From Synechococcus sp. A15-28 (GTDB lineage Bacteria > Cyanobacteriota > Cyanobacteriia > PCC-6307 > Cyanobiaceae): a stretch of DNA of 32,000 nt. Made by a program: the position numbers and the translations under genes. A model generated the notes under the pieces. It ran no database searches, was not told the origin of the DNA, and saw only the letters and a list, made by a program, of their open reading frames with translations. The stretch is from contig NZ_CP047931.1 of the NCBI RefSeq assembly GCF_014280175.1, forward strand, positions 1,350,001-1,382,000, given 5' to 3'. Below, piece after piece: positions 1 to 9,535 of this stretch (positions are counted from its first letter, which is position 1; every line of letters begins with the position of its first letter).

Positions 1-288
1 AGTGGACTGGGTCAGCGGCCCTACGGCGACCAGGGACTGCTGATCCACCGCACGCTCTACACAGCCAGCTGTGGTTACCGGCCGATCCCGTTGATGGAGG
101 ATCTGGACCTGGTGGAGCGGATTGCACGCACCCACAGGTTGAGACGACTTGGCTGCCCATTGGTCACCAGCAACCGCCGCTGGCAGGAGCAGGGGGTGAT
201 CAGCAGGGCCTGGCACAACTGGATGCTGCGACGCCGTTGGTACCAAGGCATTGCCGCTGATCAACTGGCTGGTGACTACAACCCCTGA
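1..288 (+). CDS. C-terminal fragment of a family-2 glycosyltransferase (TIGR04283-like); 5' end lies outside the window
   Basis: Frame 1 is open from base 1 to the stop at 286-288. The translation ...GDQGLLIHRTLY..YRPIPLMEDLDLVERI..LVTSNRRWQEQGV.. matches, from memory, the conserved C-terminal block of this GT2 subgroup. Confidence 0.6.
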   Translation, partial: SGLGQRPYGDQGLLIHRTLYTASCGYRPIPLMEDLDLVERIARTHRLRRLGCPLVTSNRRWQEQGVISRAWHNWMLRRRWYQGIAADQLAGDYNP

Positions 289-300
289 GCGTAACTGCGA

Positions 301-807
301 TCAACTGGCGTACCAGAACGCACAGCGATGCTGCTGCGGCTCCAGCTCCCAGCCCTGGCGTTGGTAGAAATTCACCACACCTGGATCAGCGAACAGGCTC
401 ACCCGTTCGGTGCCCATGGCCTCCAGAGCCTCCAGCACATAAACCATCAGCTGACTGCCCAGGCCACTGCCCTGGTAAAGCGGATGGACAGCCACATCCC
501 AGACCGTGGCTTCAAACACACCGTCACCGGTGCAACGGGCAAAACCCACCAGGCGAGGAATGCGGGGATCATGCCGCCACAGGCCGACGGTGAGCAGGCT
601 GTTGGCCAGGGCTTTGCGCACCCGGCGCACCGGCCGCCGACTCCAACCCACCGCTTCCAGCAACTGCTCCAGCTCCACCAGGTCAAAGGGGTGCCGTTGG
701 CTGAACACCAGGGTGAGTTGATCGTTGGCACAGGAACAGAGACGTGCCTCCTCGCCGTACTGCTCGAGCAGCGGCGCTGCGGGAAGGTCGAGGGGGGAGG
801 TCATCAC
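301..807 (-). CDS. GNAT family N-acetyltransferase
   Basis: 168-aa ORF with an acetyl-CoA binding motif (VAVHPLYQGSGLGSQLM). A GTG at 807 is followed by an ATG at 804. The start overlaps the TGA of the upstream ABC exporter (GTGATGA). Confidence 0.8.
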   Translation of the reverse strand: MMTSPLDLPAAPLLEQYGEEARLCSCANDQLTLVFSQRHPFDLVELEQLLEAVGWSRRPVRRVRKALANSLLTVGLWRHDPRIPRLVGFARCTGDGVFEATVWDVAVHPLYQGSGLGSQLMVYVLEALEAMGTERVSLFADPGVVNFYQRQGWELEPQQHRCAFWYAS

Positions 808-2582
808 AGGCGCGCCAATCCCTTTTCCTGCAGATCCGCCAGCTGGGCATAGAGCCCACCTTTGGCCCTCAGCTCCCCGTGGGTGCCCTGTTCGATCAGG
901 TGGCCACGGCGCAACACCAGAATCCGATCCGAGGCCTCCACCGTCGCCAGGCGGTGGGCGATCACCACAGCCGTGCGTTTCTGCAGCAGGCGGTCAAGAT
1001 CACGCTGCAGGGTGGCCTCGGTGGAGGGATCCATGAAAGCGGTGGCCTCATCCATCACCAGCACCGTGGGGTTGCGGATAGCGACCCGGGCGACCGCCAG
1101 CAACTGGCGTTCGCCCGAGGACAGATTTCCACCCCGTTCCCGCAACTCCGTCTCCAAACCGCTGGGCAGACGCTGCAACAGGTCGTTCAGGCCCAGATCA
1201 CGGCAGATCCCAGCCAGCTGCTGGTCGCTGATGTCGGCATTGAGCCGCAGGTTGTCGGCCACATTGCCGCTGAACAGGAAGGTGTCCTGCAGCACAACCC
1301 CCAGCTGACGGCGCAGATCAGCAATGGGGATGGAGCGGATGTCGCGTCCGTCCAGAAGAATCCGGCCCTGCTGAGGTTCGTACAACCGGCAGAGCAGACG
1401 GATCACGGTGGTTTTGCCGGATCCCGTCGGCCCGACCAAGGCCACGTGCTCGCCGGGAGCGATCCGGAAGGAGAGATTGCTCAGGATGGGCTCATCCGGC
1501 CGGTAGCTGAAGCTGACGTTTTCAAAGATCACCTCCCCCTGCCCGGCGGTGGTAAGCGGAGTGGCCTCAGGATCTTCGACGATCTCCAGGGGCTGCTCCA
1601 TCAGTTCACCGATGCGCTCCACCGCCGTCAGACCACCCTGGATCTGGGTGAAGCGTTCCGCCAGCTGCCGCAATGGATCAAACAAACGCTGCGAATAGAG
1701 GATGAAGGTGGTGAGGATTCCAAGGCCCATGGACCCCGATGTCACCATCCATCCACCCAGAGCCAGCACCAGGGCCACGGCTCCCAGGGACACCCATTCG
1801 AGAAAGGCGGAGATGCTGCTGTCGAAGAAAATGGTGCCGTTCACCGCACGCCGATAGGCGGAACCCGTGCGCTGAAAGCGCTCGCCGTTCACCGCCTCGC
1901 GCCGGAACATCTGGACCACATCCAGGCCCTGAAGGTTTTCCTGAAAGTCGGCGTTCAGCTGGGACAGCTCCTCACGAACCCGGTAATTGGCCTTGCGGTA
2001 GCGACCCTGCAACCAAATCACCATCAAGGTGACGGGAATCTGCGTGCAGAGCAGCAACAACCCGAGCCGCCATTCGATCAGAAGCATTGAACCGGCAATC
2101 ACCAGCAGGCTGACCAGATCACCCAGAATCCCGAACGCTCCACTGCCGAAGAGCTCAGAGAGGGCATCGACATCACTGGTGAGCCGGGTCAGCAATTTGC
2201 CCACGGGCATACGGTCATGGAACCGCAAGGACAGCGCCAGGGCATGACGGAACAGGTCTTCTCGGATCCGTGCCGTGAGCCGCTGGCCCACGACCTGGAA
2301 GTTGAACAACTGCACCCGTTGCAACCCGAAACGCAGCAGCACCGAACCCAGCATCAGCAACACAATCAAGCGAATGGCTGCGCTGGTGCTTAGCCCCTCA
2401 AGCCAGGGAAGGCTCGATTCATTGCGCAGCACACTGATGGCCAGGCCCACCAGCAGGGGCTGAATCGCTCCGGCGAAGGCCACTGGCACCAACAGCACCA
2501 GGGTCAGCAGCAGACGGCGACGGTCGTGGACGAGGTAACGGCCGAGCCGACGCACCCGTTTCCAGTCACTGATAGCGCTCAT
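804..2582 (-). CDS. ABC exporter, fused permease/ATPase (MsbA/multidrug type)
   Basis: 592 aa with an N-terminal multi-TM region. Walker A is GPTGSGKTT, the ABC signature is LSSGERQLL, and Walker B is VLVMDEAT. Confidence 0.9.
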   Translation of the reverse strand: MSAISDWKRVRRLGRYLVHDRRRLLLTLVLLVPVAFAGAIQPLLVGLAISVLRNESSLPWLEGLSTSAAIRLIVLLMLGSVLLRFGLQRVQLFNFQVVGQRLTARIREDLFRHALALSLRFHDRMPVGKLLTRLTSDVDALSELFGSGAFGILGDLVSLLVIAGSMLLIEWRLGLLLLCTQIPVTLMVIWLQGRYRKANYRVREELSQLNADFQENLQGLDVVQMFRREAVNGERFQRTGSAYRRAVNGTIFFDSSISAFLEWVSLGAVALVLALGGWMVTSGSMGLGILTTFILYSQRLFDPLRQLAERFTQIQGGLTAVERIGELMEQPLEIVEDPEATPLTTAGQGEVIFENVSFSYRPDEPILSNLSFRIAPGEHVALVGPTGSGKTTVIRLLCRLYEPQQGRILLDGRDIRSIPIADLRRQLGVVLQDTFLFSGNVADNLRLNADISDQQLAGICRDLGLNDLLQRLPSGLETELRERGGNLSSGERQLLAVARVAIRNPTVLVMDEATAFMDPSTEATLQRDLDRLLQKRTAVVIAHRLATVEASDRILVLRRGHLIEQGTHGELRAKGGLYAQLADLQEKGLARL

Positions 2583-3232
2583 GCAGCGGCACCAGCTGCG
2601 TTGGACACTGTGCGCACCGCTTCAACGATGCTGCTCAGAGATCCATCATCCAGCCGCATCGAAAGAGGGTGACCCACCAGGCGGGCCGTGGTGTGGAACA
2701 GATCCTCGATGGCCACCAATCCGTTCTCCCGCAGGGTGCGCCCGGTCGCCACCAGATCAACAATGGCCTCGGACATCCCCGTGATGGGGCCAAGCTCGAC
2801 GGAGCCGTTCAGATGCACCAGCTCCACCGGTAGGTCGAGCTGGTCGAAATATTCGCGGGCGCAGTGGGTGAACTTGCTCGCCACCCGGCAGTGGGGAGGA
2901 AGATCCGCCGCCCGTTCGTAGCCACTGCTGGCCTTGACGGCCACGGCCATCCGGCAGCCACCGAAGCCCAGATCCACCAGCTGGGCCACCGGCAGTTGGT
3001 GCTCCTTCAACACGTCGTAGCCGACAACCCCCAACTGGGCCTGGCCGTAGGCCACATAGGTGGGCACATCACCGTTGCGCACCAGCAGCGCCCGGGCTCG
3101 ACCGCAGGGGGTGGGCAGCATCAGCTGACGGTTGTCCTTGTCCAGCACAGCTGAGAAATCCAGGCCTGCCGCCGCGAACCGAGCCACGGAATCCTTGAGC
3201 AGCGCTCCTTTGGCCAACGCGACGGTGATCAT
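2579..3232 (-). CDS. hisG: ATP phosphoribosyltransferase, short form
   Basis: The translation from the internal ATG at 3232 ([16 protein letters not shown]...[20 protein letters not shown]...) is a typical short HisG. The longer track ORF (to 3382) would overlap divergent gloB. The stop overlaps the exporter start (ATGA at 2579-2582). Confidence 0.88.
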   Translation of the reverse strand: MITVALAKGALLKDSVARFAAAGLDFSAVLDKDNRQLMLPTPCGRARALLVRNGDVPTYVAYGQAQLGVVGYDVLKEHQLPVAQLVDLGFGGCRMAVAVKASSGYERAADLPPHCRVASKFTHCAREYFDQLDLPVELVHLNGSVELGPITGMSEAIVDLVATGRTLRENGLVAIEDLFHTTARLVGHPLSMRLDDGSLSSIVEAVRTVSNAAGAAA

Positions 3233-3272
3233 GGGTCCAGCGTTGACCGTGTAACCAGGCAGGACTTTAACG

Positions 3273-4022
3273 ATGCAATCCTCCCTCCATGCCCTGCCGG
3301 TGCTGCAGGACAACGTCATTTGGATCTGGGTGCGGGGCGCCGAGGCCGTTGTGGTGGATCCCGCAGTGGCAGAACCCGTCATCGACTGGCTGCAACAACG
3401 GCAATTGCAGCTGAGTGCCGTGCTGCAGACCCATCACCACGCCGACCACATCGGTGGAACCCCCGGCCTGCTGCAGCGATGGCCCAACGCGGCGGTGGTG
3501 GCCGCTGCAGCCGATCGTTCACGCATTCCCTTTCAAACGGTCTCCGTCAGCGACGGCGATCAGATCAGCGTGCTCGGCCGATCACTCGCGGTGCTGGACG
3601 TGGCCGCCCATACCGCCGCCCACATCGCCTTTGTGATTCCCGAGCGGGAGGATCTGGATCTCGGCCCGGTGTTGTTCTGCGGCGACACGCTGTTTTCCGG
3701 TGGTTGCGGCCGTCTGTTTGAAGGGACCCCGGCTGATATGCATCGAGCCCTTGGCCGGCTGGCGCAACTTCCTGAATCCACCCAGGTCTGCTGCGCCCAC
3801 GAGTACACGGAAGGGAACCTGCTCTGGGCCACCCAGCAGGAACCCAAGGACGCAGCCATTCGCCAGCGTTACGAGACCGTGGTGGCCCTGCGGCGCCGTG
3901 GCGAATTGAGCCTGCCCAGCAGCATCGGCGAGGAACGGCGCAGCAACCTGTTCATGCGGGCGGAGTCGGTCGAGCAGCTGGGACGCCTGCGGCGCCACAA
4001 GGATCAGTGGCGCGCAGCCTGA
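3273..4022 (+). CDS. gloB: Hydroxyacylglutathione hydrolase (glyoxalase II), metallo-beta-lactamase fold
   Basis: 249 aa with the THHHADH metal motif. N-terminal [12 protein letters not shown] and C-terminal NLFMR are typical of GloB. Confidence 0.88.
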   Translation: MQSSLHALPVLQDNVIWIWVRGAEAVVVDPAVAEPVIDWLQQRQLQLSAVLQTHHHADHIGGTPGLLQRWPNAAVVAAAADRSRIPFQTVSVSDGDQISVLGRSLAVLDVAAHTAAHIAFVIPEREDLDLGPVLFCGDTLFSGGCGRLFEGTPADMHRALGRLAQLPESTQVCCAHEYTEGNLLWATQQEPKDAAIRQRYETVVALRRRGELSLPSSIGEERRSNLFMRAESVEQLGRLRRHKDQWRAA

Positions 4023-5112
4023 TTCCCTGCGGGAAGAGAATCACGTCGGCGCCTGGTTGAAAGGCCAATCGACAGCGGGTACCGCGGGGCAGATCCAGGC
4101 TGAGGGGAGCATTCACGCGGAGATCGCAGGTTCCCTGCTGCACGCGGTACTGCCAGGCCTGCCCGAGGAACTCCCGTCCCATTACGCAGGCCTTCCCCTG
4201 GGGATCATCGTGAAGCTGAATCACGGCTGGGTCCACCAACAGAAGTTCGGCATCGGCTCCCGGGTCTGCCGGTGGCTGAGCACCGGCGTTTTCAAGAGAA
4301 CCGATCAGACAGTGCATCGGTCCATCGAGGGGCAGAAGATTCCCTTGAAGAACAAACCGACCAACAAACGGTGAGGCAGGGGAGTCAACGAGATCCCTGG
4401 GGGTCGCGCACTGGTGCAGTTCCCCATCCCGCATCACCGCCACACGGTCACAGATGGCCAGGGCCTCTCCGGGATCGTGGGTCACGATCAGCCCTGTGGC
4501 TCCGCACACCTGCAGAACAGAACTGAGTTCACTGCGCAGCCGCAGCCGCACTTCCACATCGAGGTTGGAGAAAGGCTCATCCAGCAGCACCAGCTTCGGA
4601 GCCGGTGCCAGAGCCCGGGCAAGGGCCAGGCGTTGCTTCTGGCCGCCCGAGAGTTGATGGGGGTATCGCTGATCCAGCCCCTTCAGACCCAGCAACTCCA
4701 GCAGCCAGGCTGCGCGGCTGTCGTCCTGGCCGGGGCGCAGCCCGAAACAGGCGTTCTGCCAGGCCGTGAGGTGGGGGAAAAGGGCATAGTCCTGAAAGAC
4801 CATGCCGATTCCCCGTCGCTCGGGCGGCAACCAATGCCCGTTCCCCGCCACGGGTCGTTGCTGCAGGTGCACGGAGCCTTGCAACGGACTCTCAAAGCCA
4901 GCGATCAGTCGCAGCAGGGTGGTCTTCCCACAGCCGGAGGGTCCGAGCAGACCGACCAGCTCACCCGCAGCGAGCTCGAGATCAATCCCCCGCAACGTCC
5001 AGGGTCCAGCAGAGCCGTCGTAGCGATGCCAGAGGTCACGCACTGAAACGGTGGCCAGGGACTGCGACAACAGCGAAACGCGATGATCGTTTCCATTCTG
5101 CGATTCGGCCAT
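3952..5112 (-). CDS. ABC transporter ATP-binding protein (FbpC/PotA-like importer ATPase with C-terminal TOBE-like region)
   Basis: Walker A is GPSGCGKTT, the signature is [15 protein letters not shown], and Walker B is LVLLDEPFS. The start is uncertain. The ATG at 5112 shares CATG with the ridA start. An alternative in-frame TTG at 5070 or GTG at 5043 would give the canonical ~33 aa before Walker A. Confidence 0.85.
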   Translation of the reverse strand: MAESQNGNDHRVSLLSQSLATVSVRDLWHRYDGSAGPWTLRGIDLELAAGELVGLLGPSGCGKTTLLRLIAGFESPLQGSVHLQQRPVAGNGHWLPPERRGIGMVFQDYALFPHLTAWQNACFGLRPGQDDSRAAWLLELLGLKGLDQRYPHQLSGGQKQRLALARALAPAPKLVLLDEPFSNLDVEVRLRLRSELSSVLQVCGATGLIVTHDPGEALAICDRVAVMRDGELHQCATPRDLVDSPASPFVGRFVLQGNLLPLDGPMHCLIGSLENAGAQPPADPGADAELLLVDPAVIQLHDDPQGKACVMGREFLGQAWQYRVQQGTCDLRVNAPLSLDLPRGTRCRLAFQPGADVILFPQGIRLRATDPCGAAGVPAARPTPPA

Positions 5113-5518
5113 GACTGCTCAAGCCGTAACGACCACAGCAGCTCCCGCCCCCGTCGGGCCGTACAACCAGGCGGTGCTGGCCGGTGGTTGGCTGTACTGC
5201 TCGGGCCAGATTCCATTGGATCCGGAAACGGGAGCCATGGTTGGTGACGGGGATGTGGCCAGCGAAACGCGTCAGGTGCTGAAGAACCTCAACGCCGTGC
5301 TGGAGGCCGCCGGTGCCACGGCACAGCACGTGGTGCGGACGACGGTGTTTCTGGCTGATCTGGGGGACTTCCAGACCGTCAACGGGATCTATGCGGAGAT
5401 GTTCGGGGCGGGCACAAGTCCAGCCCGAGCCTGTGTGCAGGTGGCGGCACTGCCCAAGGGTGCACGGGTCGAGATCGACTGCGTCGCCTGGTTTGGTGAT
5501 GATTTGAAGACCGTGTGA
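5111..5518 (+). CDS. ridA: RidA/YjgF family reactive-intermediate deaminase
   Basis: 135 aa. APAPVGPYNQAV...GQIPLDPETG...RTTVFL..ARVEIDCVA is the classic RidA pattern. Confidence 0.9.
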   Translation: MTAQAVTTTAAPAPVGPYNQAVLAGGWLYCSGQIPLDPETGAMVGDGDVASETRQVLKNLNAVLEAAGATAQHVVRTTVFLADLGDFQTVNGIYAEMFGAGTSPARACVQVAALPKGARVEIDCVAWFGDDLKTV

Positions 5519-5592
5519 TCTGATCCACATCACGGACCGGAAGCCCGGACGTAGATGACATCAAAACGTCCGACGACCATTCGGCCTTGACC

Positions 5593-6018
5593 ATGGAATG
5601 GCTAGCCCTCAGGGAACAGGCTGCGCGACCGTTGCTGGAGAGCGGCTGGACGCTGCTCTACTCCGGTCTGACCCCATCAAGGGCAAGCGCCACCCTGCTG
5701 GATCCGAGTGAAAGCCAGCAGATCAGCCTGCAGATCCCGACAGGGGAAACCGCTCAAGACTGGGAGCTATGGCTGGAAGCCTGCAACCGGCAGCTGAGCG
5801 TCCCGCTCCGGCAGTGGCTGGAGTCCCAGGGCATTGAGAAGTCCACCCTCAGCCGCCTGACAGGGAATCATCCCAGTGGCCAGGACGCACTCAAGCTCAG
5901 CAACATGCTGCAGGTCGCCCGCTTGTTGCAGCGTTCGATCGAAGCCATCGAGACCCTGGCGGAGGCCAACGGGTCGCAGCTGGTGCTCCACCTTGCCGGA
6001 CTGGGACCGAACAGCTGA
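5593..6018 (+). CDS. Hypothetical protein with a possible XRE-type helix-turn-helix in the C-terminal half
   Basis: ATG at 5593 (the track ORF starts at a TTG at 5587). The segment KSTLSRLTGNHPSGQDALKLSNMLQVARLL resembles an XRE HTH layout. Backbone-like GC. Confidence 0.55.
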   Translation: MEWLALREQAARPLLESGWTLLYSGLTPSRASATLLDPSESQQISLQIPTGETAQDWELWLEACNRQLSVPLRQWLESQGIEKSTLSRLTGNHPSGQDALKLSNMLQVARLLQRSIEAIETLAEANGSQLVLHLAGLGPNS

Positions 6019-6071
6019 GAGGAGGCTTCCCCTCGCCGATTTAGGTTATTGGACATCAGGGGGATGATCCG

Positions 6072-6311
6072 ATGACCCAGGCGAAGCTCACCATCGGTGA
6101 ATTGGAAGCGGGCTACCCGCTCTATTGCAAAGCCCTCAGACGATTGCTCCAACAAGGCAAGACGACCAAAGACATCGAACGCACGGTCTGTTGGGGACAT
6201 CTGGAAACGCTCAACCGATGCCTGCCAACGCGCTACAAAGCACCGTCCTACCTGCTGGCTCTCATTCGTCGGGATCTGGAAAAAATCAAAGAAGGAAAAG
6301 TTCCTATTTGA
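6072..6311 (+). CDS. Hypothetical small protein (79 aa)
   Basis: ORF with a purine-rich stretch (caggggga) upstream of the ATG. No recognisable family. Lies at the left edge of the AT-richer region. Confidence 0.4.
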   Translation: MTQAKLTIGELEAGYPLYCKALRRLLQQGKTTKDIERTVCWGHLETLNRCLPTRYKAPSYLLALIRRDLEKIKEGKVPI

Positions 6312-6407
6312 ATCTCTCTGCGTTCAAACAGGAACGTCCAATCAAATTCACAGAAATCCCCCAAAGAGAGAAGAGAGAATATCAATTCATGCTCAGACAC
6401 GATGCGA

Positions 6408-6575
6408 ATGATATTCAGAAAAGAGAAGAAAAGACATCAGCTAAAGACAGCAATCTTTTCAATATTGCTCATCAGCATGACGTCAGCAAGCCTGGAGTGG
6501 CTGGATTCCACCAGCCTGTTGAGGGCTCAAGACAACTTCGCCAGCAACCCAGCCGAGCCAGCTCGACGGCCCTAA
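6408..6575 (+). CDS. Possible small secreted peptide (55 aa; below the ORF-track cutoff)
   Basis: Hand translation gives MIFRKEKKRHQLKTAIFSILLISMTSASLEWLDS..., with a basic n-region, a hydrophobic h-region and an ASxxS-like end. No homology recognised. Confidence 0.2.
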   Translation: MIFRKEKKRHQLKTAIFSILLISMTSASLEWLDSTSLLRAQDNFASNPAEPARRP

Positions 6576-6999
6576 TGGTGCGTCAATCCTGAAACGCCGC
6601 ATCACCATCAACGGTCAACTCTGACAACAGATCTGCATCGGGGCTGTGATCAGGCTGATGAAGAGACTCGAGCGACTGAGAACAAAGCTGTCCGTCCGCA
6701 ACCTCGCGCTCTGCAGGGCTGTGGCTCTGTAGCCACAACATCATCCAGTAATGATACTCATCACGACGAGACATAAGAACAACAAAAAAACTTCTGCGGC
6801 GATGAAAATGCAGACATCGACGTCCATGTTCTAGCTACAACACTCCAGCGGAATCGTGTGTAATTATACGGATTTGCGACCTATCCCATTCAAAAGACAA
6901 GAATGCAAGCATTTACAGACATTTGAACCGGCTGTTTGAGCCGAGTGTCTGAGCAACAACTGAATCCAATCCCGTAGACCGGGGAAGATCAATTGATTT

Positions 7000-7299
7000 A
7001 TGATGAAACAAGAACAGGCCAGCAGCAGCATGGAGTTCTCAATCGTGATTCTTAGCAAACATGCTTCGACCTATCCGGACATTGCTTGGTCAGACTGGAA
7101 AGATGAAAACAGAAAAAAGATGAACAGCGAGGGCGACAATTGGTCAGCAGCAACGTTGAAGGGAGCCAACATCTGGGATTGCCTCGACAGCAACAAAATT
7201 GACCGGATGCATCTCGTTCAGTGGAAGAAGTCTGGTGACGATCTGCACAGCGTCAGCCTGCCAGACCATCCCCATCCATCGGAGCAGCCCACCCATTGA
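7000..7299 (+). CDS. Hypothetical protein (99 aa)
   Basis: ORF only, in the AT-rich island. No recognisable motif. Confidence 0.3.
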   Translation: MMKQEQASSSMEFSIVILSKHASTYPDIAWSDWKDENRKKMNSEGDNWSAATLKGANIWDCLDSNKIDRMHLVQWKKSGDDLHSVSLPDHPHPSEQPTH

Positions 7300-7335
7300 C
7301 CTGAAGGCGATGAACGGAATGGATACCAAGGAGAA

Positions 7336-7620
7336 CTAGCCGTCCATCAGCCAGTCGTCATCCACGTCATCATCCAAGTCATCGCTCTCGATCATTCGGG
7401 GCACAACGCGATCAGCCTGAGGAGGCAGTGGTAGCGGGGGCGGTGCGGCAGGACCTGTGAATGTGTTCACTGGAATCTTCTGACTTCCCCATCCCGATTG
7501 ATAGGGGATAACCAGCAGGCGAATCGGCTCACCAGCGAAAGTCCGCAAAGGACACATGAACATCAAGATGCTCAACGTCAAACCTGCGCGAATATTTAAT
7601 GCAAAAAAACAAGACGTCAT
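7336..7620 (-). CDS. Hypothetical secreted protein with a proline-rich middle and an acidic C-terminal tail
   Basis: From the internal ATG at 7620 the N-terminus MTSCFFALNIRAGLTLSILMFMCPLRTFAGEP looks like a signal peptide. The C-terminus reads PAAPPPLPLPP...DDLDDDVDDDWLMDG. The track ORF extends to 7662. Confidence 0.4.
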   Translation of the reverse strand: MTSCFFALNIRAGLTLSILMFMCPLRTFAGEPIRLLVIPYQSGWGSQKIPVNTFTGPAAPPPLPLPPQADRVVPRMIESDDLDDDVDDDWLMDG

Positions 7621-7682
7621 ATTATCGAAACACCAACTATGATCGGATATTAATTTAGCCATGGCCTTCGGTCATTGCATGC

Positions 7683-8216
7683 ATGACCGATGAACACGAT
7701 GCGCTGGTCAGGCATCTGCGCAGCAATCCCAATGACCAAAGCATCTCTGAACGCATCGCCAAGCTGGAGACATCAATCCCGGCTGACCTCAATCAGGATG
7801 CGCCGCTGCTGAAGGGGGTATGGGATCTGCGTTGGAGCAGTTCAAGTCAGCCTTGGCTGCGTCAGGCACCATGGCTTGAAAATCTCCAGGCGCTGGACCC
7901 AGAGCGAAACAAAGGTTGTAATTTGCTGCGTCTTCGTGGTCCCCTTGGAGGGATTGGTGCTGTCAGTGTTCAAGCCGAGCTCAACCTGATCAGCTCAAAA
8001 CGGATCGAAGTGAAATTCTGCAGAGGAGGTTGGCTCGGCCCGTCACGACCAGGGCAACGGCAAGTGAAATTAATGCGTAATGTTCAGCAGAACTTTCCGG
8101 CTTGGCTCGACATTACTGTGTTGAGCCAAGAATTACGGATTTGTAGAGGCAATGCAGGAACCATTTTTGCATTGCTTCGTCGAAATGATCTGCTGACCGA
8201 AGAACTCCTCGATTAA
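7683..8216 (+). CDS. PAP/fibrillin family protein (plastoglobulin-like lipid-associated protein)
   Basis: GVWDLRWSSS and AWLDITVLSQELRICRGNAGTIFALL correspond to the conserved fibrillin blocks (GxWxLxYTTS; WLDITYLDEDLRIGRGNxGxxFVL). Confidence 0.8.
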   Translation: MTDEHDALVRHLRSNPNDQSISERIAKLETSIPADLNQDAPLLKGVWDLRWSSSSQPWLRQAPWLENLQALDPERNKGCNLLRLRGPLGGIGAVSVQAELNLISSKRIEVKFCRGGWLGPSRPGQRQVKLMRNVQQNFPAWLDITVLSQELRICRGNAGTIFALLRRNDLLTEELLD

Positions 8217-8221
8217 GCAGA

Positions 8222-9004
8222 TCAATTTCTACCGACAATCACGGGAGGCGTCGTTCCGCCTGAGAAGGAGGGAACCACCTGGGTTTTACCATCCCATTTA
8301 TCGAGAAACAGCTTATACAGAACACTGTCATTAAGCGACCGATTCAATGTTTCGAACTTGATCGCCTCTTGTTCGGCAATCTGAACTTCTGTCTTGGCCC
8401 GAAGGAGTTGCTGTTGAGCAATCTGTTTCTGTTCAATTGCCGCTCTGTACTCCTCGGCAATCTGCAAGCCAGTGATATCAAGGCCTCTCACAGCCACATA
8501 ATCAAATTTACTAAGCTCCTGCGATACACTGTCCTGAACCAGAGAAGAAATACTGTTCCAATCCGTAGCGATTGTGTCCAGCTCGTATTTCGAGAAAACA
8601 GATTTGAGTGATTTCAACAATGACGGCTGAATGACCCTGGCATAAATGGCGGAATCATCCGTAGCAATCGTGCTGTAAATGCGTGGAGCCTCAGATTGCT
8701 TAACGGCATACTTCACAGTTGCGGTTGCCTCAATCACCTGAAGGTCTTTCGTGAGCGTCGAGAATTTCTCCGGGACAACCTGGGTTCTGACGCTGAAGGA
8801 GTGCGTGCTTTGAATGAAGGGAATTTTGAAGTTCAGGCCAGGCTGACGGGGCTGCTCCGAGACCTTGCCAAGCGTTGTGACGACACCAACCTCCCCTGCG
8901 GGCACAACAAACAAGCTGGACAGAACGGCGATACCCCCAACAAAGATCGACGAAACAACAACGACTGTTTTCCAAACCTGTTCGGGATTTTGATACGAGC
9001 GCAT
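8222..9004 (-). CDS. SPFH/Band-7 (prohibitin-type) membrane protein
   Basis: From the ATG at 9004: an N-terminal TM (VVVVSSIFVGGIAVLSSLFVV), then PAGEVGVVTTLGKV...PGLNFKIPFIQS...TKDLQ, plus a coiled-coil AEEYRAAIEQKQIAQQQLLRAKTE. The track ORF extends to 9097. Confidence 0.8.
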   Translation of the reverse strand: MRSYQNPEQVWKTVVVVSSIFVGGIAVLSSLFVVPAGEVGVVTTLGKVSEQPRQPGLNFKIPFIQSTHSFSVRTQVVPEKFSTLTKDLQVIEATATVKYAVKQSEAPRIYSTIATDDSAIYARVIQPSLLKSLKSVFSKYELDTIATDWNSISSLVQDSVSQELSKFDYVAVRGLDITGLQIAEEYRAAIEQKQIAQQQLLRAKTEVQIAEQEAIKFETLNRSLNDSVLYKLFLDKWDGKTQVVPSFSGGTTPPVIVGRN

Positions 9005-9133
9005 CGACACAGTCTTAGACAGATTTCTACGGTAGAAGAAGCGCAGCCAGAAACGAAGATTTACATAATCAAATAATAATATGACAAATCGAAGCAAGAA
9101 TTCAGAAGATTACCGCAAGGATCCTGATTTGCA

Positions 9134-9367
9134 TCAATGTCGTGATTTAACGGTGCTGCTATCGATGTAAATTCCATGCATTTTCTTATCCATGCAGTCA
9201 TAGAAGATCTGTGAAAACTCAAGATCAACGCTCGCGCACAAGGCATGTGCTCGATCAGCCACTTGCTCGAACTTCTTCATTGACAGGAACACTTGCTTAT
9301 CGCTGGAGGAGAGCGCAGGTGCTGCTGCCAGCAAAAGGCCCGAGAAGGAATATGCAAGCAATTTCAT
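9134..9367 (-). CDS. Small secreted Cys-containing protein (77 aa)
   Basis: The N-terminus MKLLAYSFSGLLLAAAPALSSS is a clear signal-peptide-like leader. No family recognised. Confidence 0.45.
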   Translation of the reverse strand: MKLLAYSFSGLLLAAAPALSSSDKQVFLSMKKFEQVADRAHALCASVDLEFSQIFYDCMDKKMHGIYIDSSTVKSRH

Positions 9368-9535
9368 GGAAAACTCTCTTATTTTTGATCAGCCTGCACC
9401 AAAGAGGCACCACCGATTAGATTTCGTCACGGATTGTTTCGGGCCAATTATGAACAGAAAATAATTACTTATTCGAGAAATGATAACCTTTGGCACGTGC
9501 TTGGTTCGTGATGCATAAAGTCTTCGCCCAATCGG

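Noticed and set aside
744-2090. 448-aa plus-strand ORF, with several smaller ones, across the ABC exporter locus
   Set aside because: It is antisense to a gene with unmistakable ABC motifs. Its translation is low-complexity and rich in Arg, Gly, Gln and Pro, with no motifs. This is a typical shadow ORF of a GC-rich gene.
3233-3382. 50-codon N-terminal extension of hisG
   Set aside because: The extension is low-complexity (Ser/Thr/Ala-rich) and would overlap the divergent gloB start. The canonical HisG N-terminus MITVALAKG starts at 3232.
3952-4022. 71-bp convergent overlap of gloB and the ABC ATPase, and the similar 82-bp overlap of the AraC remnant and GH116 at 20088-20169
   Set aside because: In both cases the overlapping parts are non-conserved C-terminal tails that simply run to the first stop in GC-rich sequence. 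There is no evidence of functional significance.
6125-6592. 155-aa plus-strand ORF overlapping the 79-aa ORF and the 55-aa leader-bearing ORF
   Set aside because: It is out of frame with both more plausible small ORFs, and its translation is a low-complexity, basic and polar sequence. It is likely spurious.
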